In this document: piece after piece, positions 61,776 to 64,000 of the stretch
Layout of the letters: each line of letters starts with the position of its first letter
Position numbering within the stretch: position 1 is the first letter of the stretch
DNA from: a virus
Lineage: Duplodnaviria > Caudoviricetes
Virus record (IMG/VR): IMGVR_UViG_2858943916_000002
Span: 26,186-90,185 of that record
DNA: 64,000 nucleotides
Strand: one strand, 5' to 3'
Notes under the pieces: generated by a model
The model's input: only the letters and a program-made list of their open reading frames with translations
The model's database searches: none
Told to the model about the DNA's origin: nothing
Program-made: the position numbers and the translations under genes

Positions 61776-62443
61776 ACGCGCCCGCCGAACAACGCACCGA
61801 GGAATGGCGGCAAGAACGCGCCGGCAAGATCACCGCCAGCAACTTCGCCGCGGCCATCGCGATCACGCCCGCCGAGGGCGTCTACAAGAGCGGCCCGCGC
61901 AAGGGACAGTTGAAGGTGGCCGAACCCACGCTGGAACGCACAAAGCTGATGCGCACGCTGGCATTCGAGCGGCTGGCCGGCATCCCGCGCCGCGAGATCG
62001 GTGCGAAGTCCCTGTCGTGGGGCCGCGACCTGGAAGACGCCGCCAAGGAGGCCTACATGGTCGAGAAAGGCGCGCTGGTCGAGGACAGCGGCTTCGTGTT
62101 GCACCCGACGCACGACTTCATCGGCGCCAGCCCGGACGGCCTGATCGGCGCTGACGGCGGCATCGAGATGAAGTGTCCCCACGACGAGCAGGTCCATATC
62201 CAGACCTGGCTGGAAGGCATGCCAGAAGGCCACATCCCGCAGGTGCAGGGAAACATGCTCGTGACCGGCCGCCAGTGGTGGGACTTCATCAGCTACGACC
62301 CGCGCATGGCCGAGCCCTGGCGCCTGTACGTGCAGCGCATCCCGCGCGACGAAGCCTACATCAAGACCTTGCTGACCGCCCTGCTGCAGTTCGAAGCTGA
62401 GCTGCGCGCGATGGTCGACACCCTGCGGCGCAAAGCCGCCTGA
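61772..62443 (+). CDS. Lambda-exonuclease/YqaJ-family nuclease
   Basis: QRT.EW...R.G.ITAS, WG...E, GASPDGL, EMKCP, Q.Q....VTGR..WDF.SYDPR. Confidence 0.9.
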   Translation: MNAPAEQRTEEWRQERAGKITASNFAAAIAITPAEGVYKSGPRKGQLKVAEPTLERTKLMRTLAFERLAGIPRREIGAKSLSWGRDLEDAAKEAYMVEKGALVEDSGFVLHPTHDFIGASPDGLIGADGGIEMKCPHDEQVHIQTWLEGMPEGHIPQVQGNMLVTGRQWWDFISYDPRMAEPWRLYVQRIPRDEAYIKTLLTALLQFEAELRAMVDTLRRKAA

Positions 62444-62478
62444 CCCTTTCCCAACGTAGCACCCTGGAGCCCTGCCCC

Positions 62479-63006
62479 ATGTTCTCGATTACCAAGCAAA
62501 CCGCAACCCTGGCGCACATCAACGTGCGCACCGAGCGCCACGGCGAAGAGCCGGCGGGCGCCGCTGACCTGAAGATCAGCTTCACCGATGGCAATGGCGT
62601 GCTGTCCGAATTCCATCCGGTGCTGCGCTCGTTTCTCTACAAGCAAGAGGAATCCCCGGACCAGGCCGAGATGCCCGTGGGCGAGGCACTGACTGTGCGC
62701 CGCTTTGGCGACCTGATCGAAAAGCTCCGCCTCAAGCACGAGCTGGTAGGCGCCAAGGTGCTGATCGGCTTCGGCCTGGGCGGCGCTTCCGATATCGAAC
62801 TGGACCCCGCCGACGTTGACGGGTTCGCCGCTGAAATCATGGAAGGCGGCAGCGTGATCCTCACCTTCCGCGTGAAGTGCCACCCGAGCGGCGAGCAGGT
62901 CAAGAAGCTCTACGAGGTGCTGGGCAACGAGATCACGATCAGCATCACGCCCGCCGTCGACAAGCAGGGCTCGCTGGGCCTGAACCTGGAGCCGGAAGCG
63001 GCGTAA
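62479..63006 (+). CDS. Conserved phage hypothetical protein
   Basis: N.R.ERHG.E..A.DL, GGS..L.FRV. Confidence 0.75.
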   Translation: MFSITKQTATLAHINVRTERHGEEPAGAADLKISFTDGNGVLSEFHPVLRSFLYKQEESPDQAEMPVGEALTVRRFGDLIEKLRLKHELVGAKVLIGFGLGGASDIELDPADVDGFAAEIMEGGSVILTFRVKCHPSGEQVKKLYEVLGNEITISITPAVDKQGSLGLNLEPEAA

Positions 63007-63084
63007 CCCTTTGGCCGGCCCGGCGGCGGGCTACCTCAAGCACCCCCACCGCCGCCGGCGCCTGGCCACCTGATACCGAAAAAA

Positions 63085-63555
63085 ATGCCCCACGCCCGCA
63101 AGCCCCGCCGCAACAAGCGCTACGTGAAGCGCCCTACGGTCATCCCCATGCTGGTGAAGTCGCAGTGCGCCATTGGTCCCCTGGAAGACTGGTTGCGCCA
63201 GATCGAGATCCACGAAACCGTCGACTCGGTGCAGGGCGAAGCGATCCTGCGCAGCCACGGCGACGGCTTCGCCTATCCCGCGGCGGGCGCGGTGGACGGC
63301 GTCGCGGACTTCTTCGAAATGTGGGCGACGCGCCACGGCAAGACGCGGGATGTCTCCGCGCTGCGCCAGGTGGCCGTGCGCCTGGCCAACGGCGCGCCGA
63401 TCGATCACCCCCTGATGGAGCGCGTGAAAGCGCTGCTACCAACCCTGCGCCGTATCGGCGCCTTCATGAACTGCGACGACGCCGAGGATCTGATCCGCCA
63501 GACCCAGATCAAGGCCGAACTCGAAGCCGGCGCCGCGCGCGCCCAAGGAGCCTGA
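63085..63555 (+). CDS. Phage hypothetical protein
   Basis: Basic N-terminus RKPRR.K.Y..RP. Confidence 0.7.
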   Translation: MPHARKPRRNKRYVKRPTVIPMLVKSQCAIGPLEDWLRQIEIHETVDSVQGEAILRSHGDGFAYPAAGAVDGVADFFEMWATRHGKTRDVSALRQVAVRLANGAPIDHPLMERVKALLPTLRRIGAFMNCDDAEDLIRQTQIKAELEAGAARAQGA

Positions 63556-63556
63556 C

Positions 63557-64000
63557 ATGTCCACCCCCCAATCCCGGCTGTTGAAGCTCGCTGACGAAGC
63601 GGTCGCAGATTACAACGCGATGCACGCGGCTGGCGGCGAGGCCGTCTATCCCTCATGGGTCGAAGACGTGCGCCTGTTGTGCAATGCCGCCCCTGCATCC
63701 CCCGTATCCACGGTGGAGGATGCGCAGGACGAGCGCCAGGCGGATGCTTGCCCCCGTTGCGAAGGTAGCGGCGGGATAACCGTGATGAGTGACAACAGCC
63801 CGGACGCGCATGACGTGGTTGTCTGCTGCGACCACTGCCAGGGATCGGGTGCAGCGGTGGACGCCGCCAAGTATCTCGCTGCCGCGCTGGCTGGCGAGAA
63901 GTACCGGCATATGCAGGTCTTGGCCGAGTACCGGAATTTTCACCGCAGCCTGTGCGCGCGCTTCGGCTACGGCCACGACGAAGTCCACTTCCGCCGCGAT
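63557..64000 (+). CDS. Phage protein with CxxCxGxG Zn-finger motifs (runs off the right edge)
   Basis: CPRCEGSG and CDHCQGSG; AAGGAG SD. Confidence 0.65.
   Translation, partial: MSTPQSRLLKLADEAVADYNAMHAAGGEAVYPSWVEDVRLLCNAAPASPVSTVEDAQDERQADACPRCEGSGGITVMSDNSPDAHDVVVCCDHCQGSGAAVDAAKYLAAALAGEKYRHMQVLAEYRNFHRSLCARFGYGHDEVHFRRD

Larger units (their letters stand above)
24509..64000. mobile_element. Prophage 2 (myovirus-type, lambdoid regulation), integrated at a tRNA-CAT; continues past the window
   Basis: att fragment, lysis, baseplate/sheath/tube, capsid, portal, terminases, replication, cII/cro/cI, RecT/exonuclease. Confidence 0.95.

Overview
GC-rich betaproteobacterial DNA (Achromobacter/Bordetella-like; inferred, not checked) holding two related lambdoid-type prophages in the same orientation, separated by about 4.7 kb of host DNA. 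Prophage 1 (<1..~19805) runs from terminase through cargo, replication, immunity and RecT/YqaJ genes to xis-int. Its right junction falls inside a Flp/Tad prepilin gene, which is cut just after the GQGMTEYI motif. The host segment carries an acyltransferase and two glycosyltransferases. Prophage 2 (24509..>64000) starts at a 47-bp duplicated 3' end of a CAT-anticodon tRNA. It has an apparently intact lysis, myovirus tail, head, terminase, early-right and immunity region, and part of the early-left region. The most striking pattern: every block of oppositely oriented cargo inside an early operon (four in prophage 1, one in prophage 2) is spanned on the operon strand by stop-free 'bridge' ORFs. 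These are coupled to the flanking phage genes by ATGA/ATGCGTGA overlaps or stop-overlapping SD sites; the longest is 1019 codons and lies antisense to an EVE-HNH plus Cas2-like defence block. The putAbiC-type cargo in the late leader has no such bridge. All assignments come from reading motifs by eye; no database search was run.
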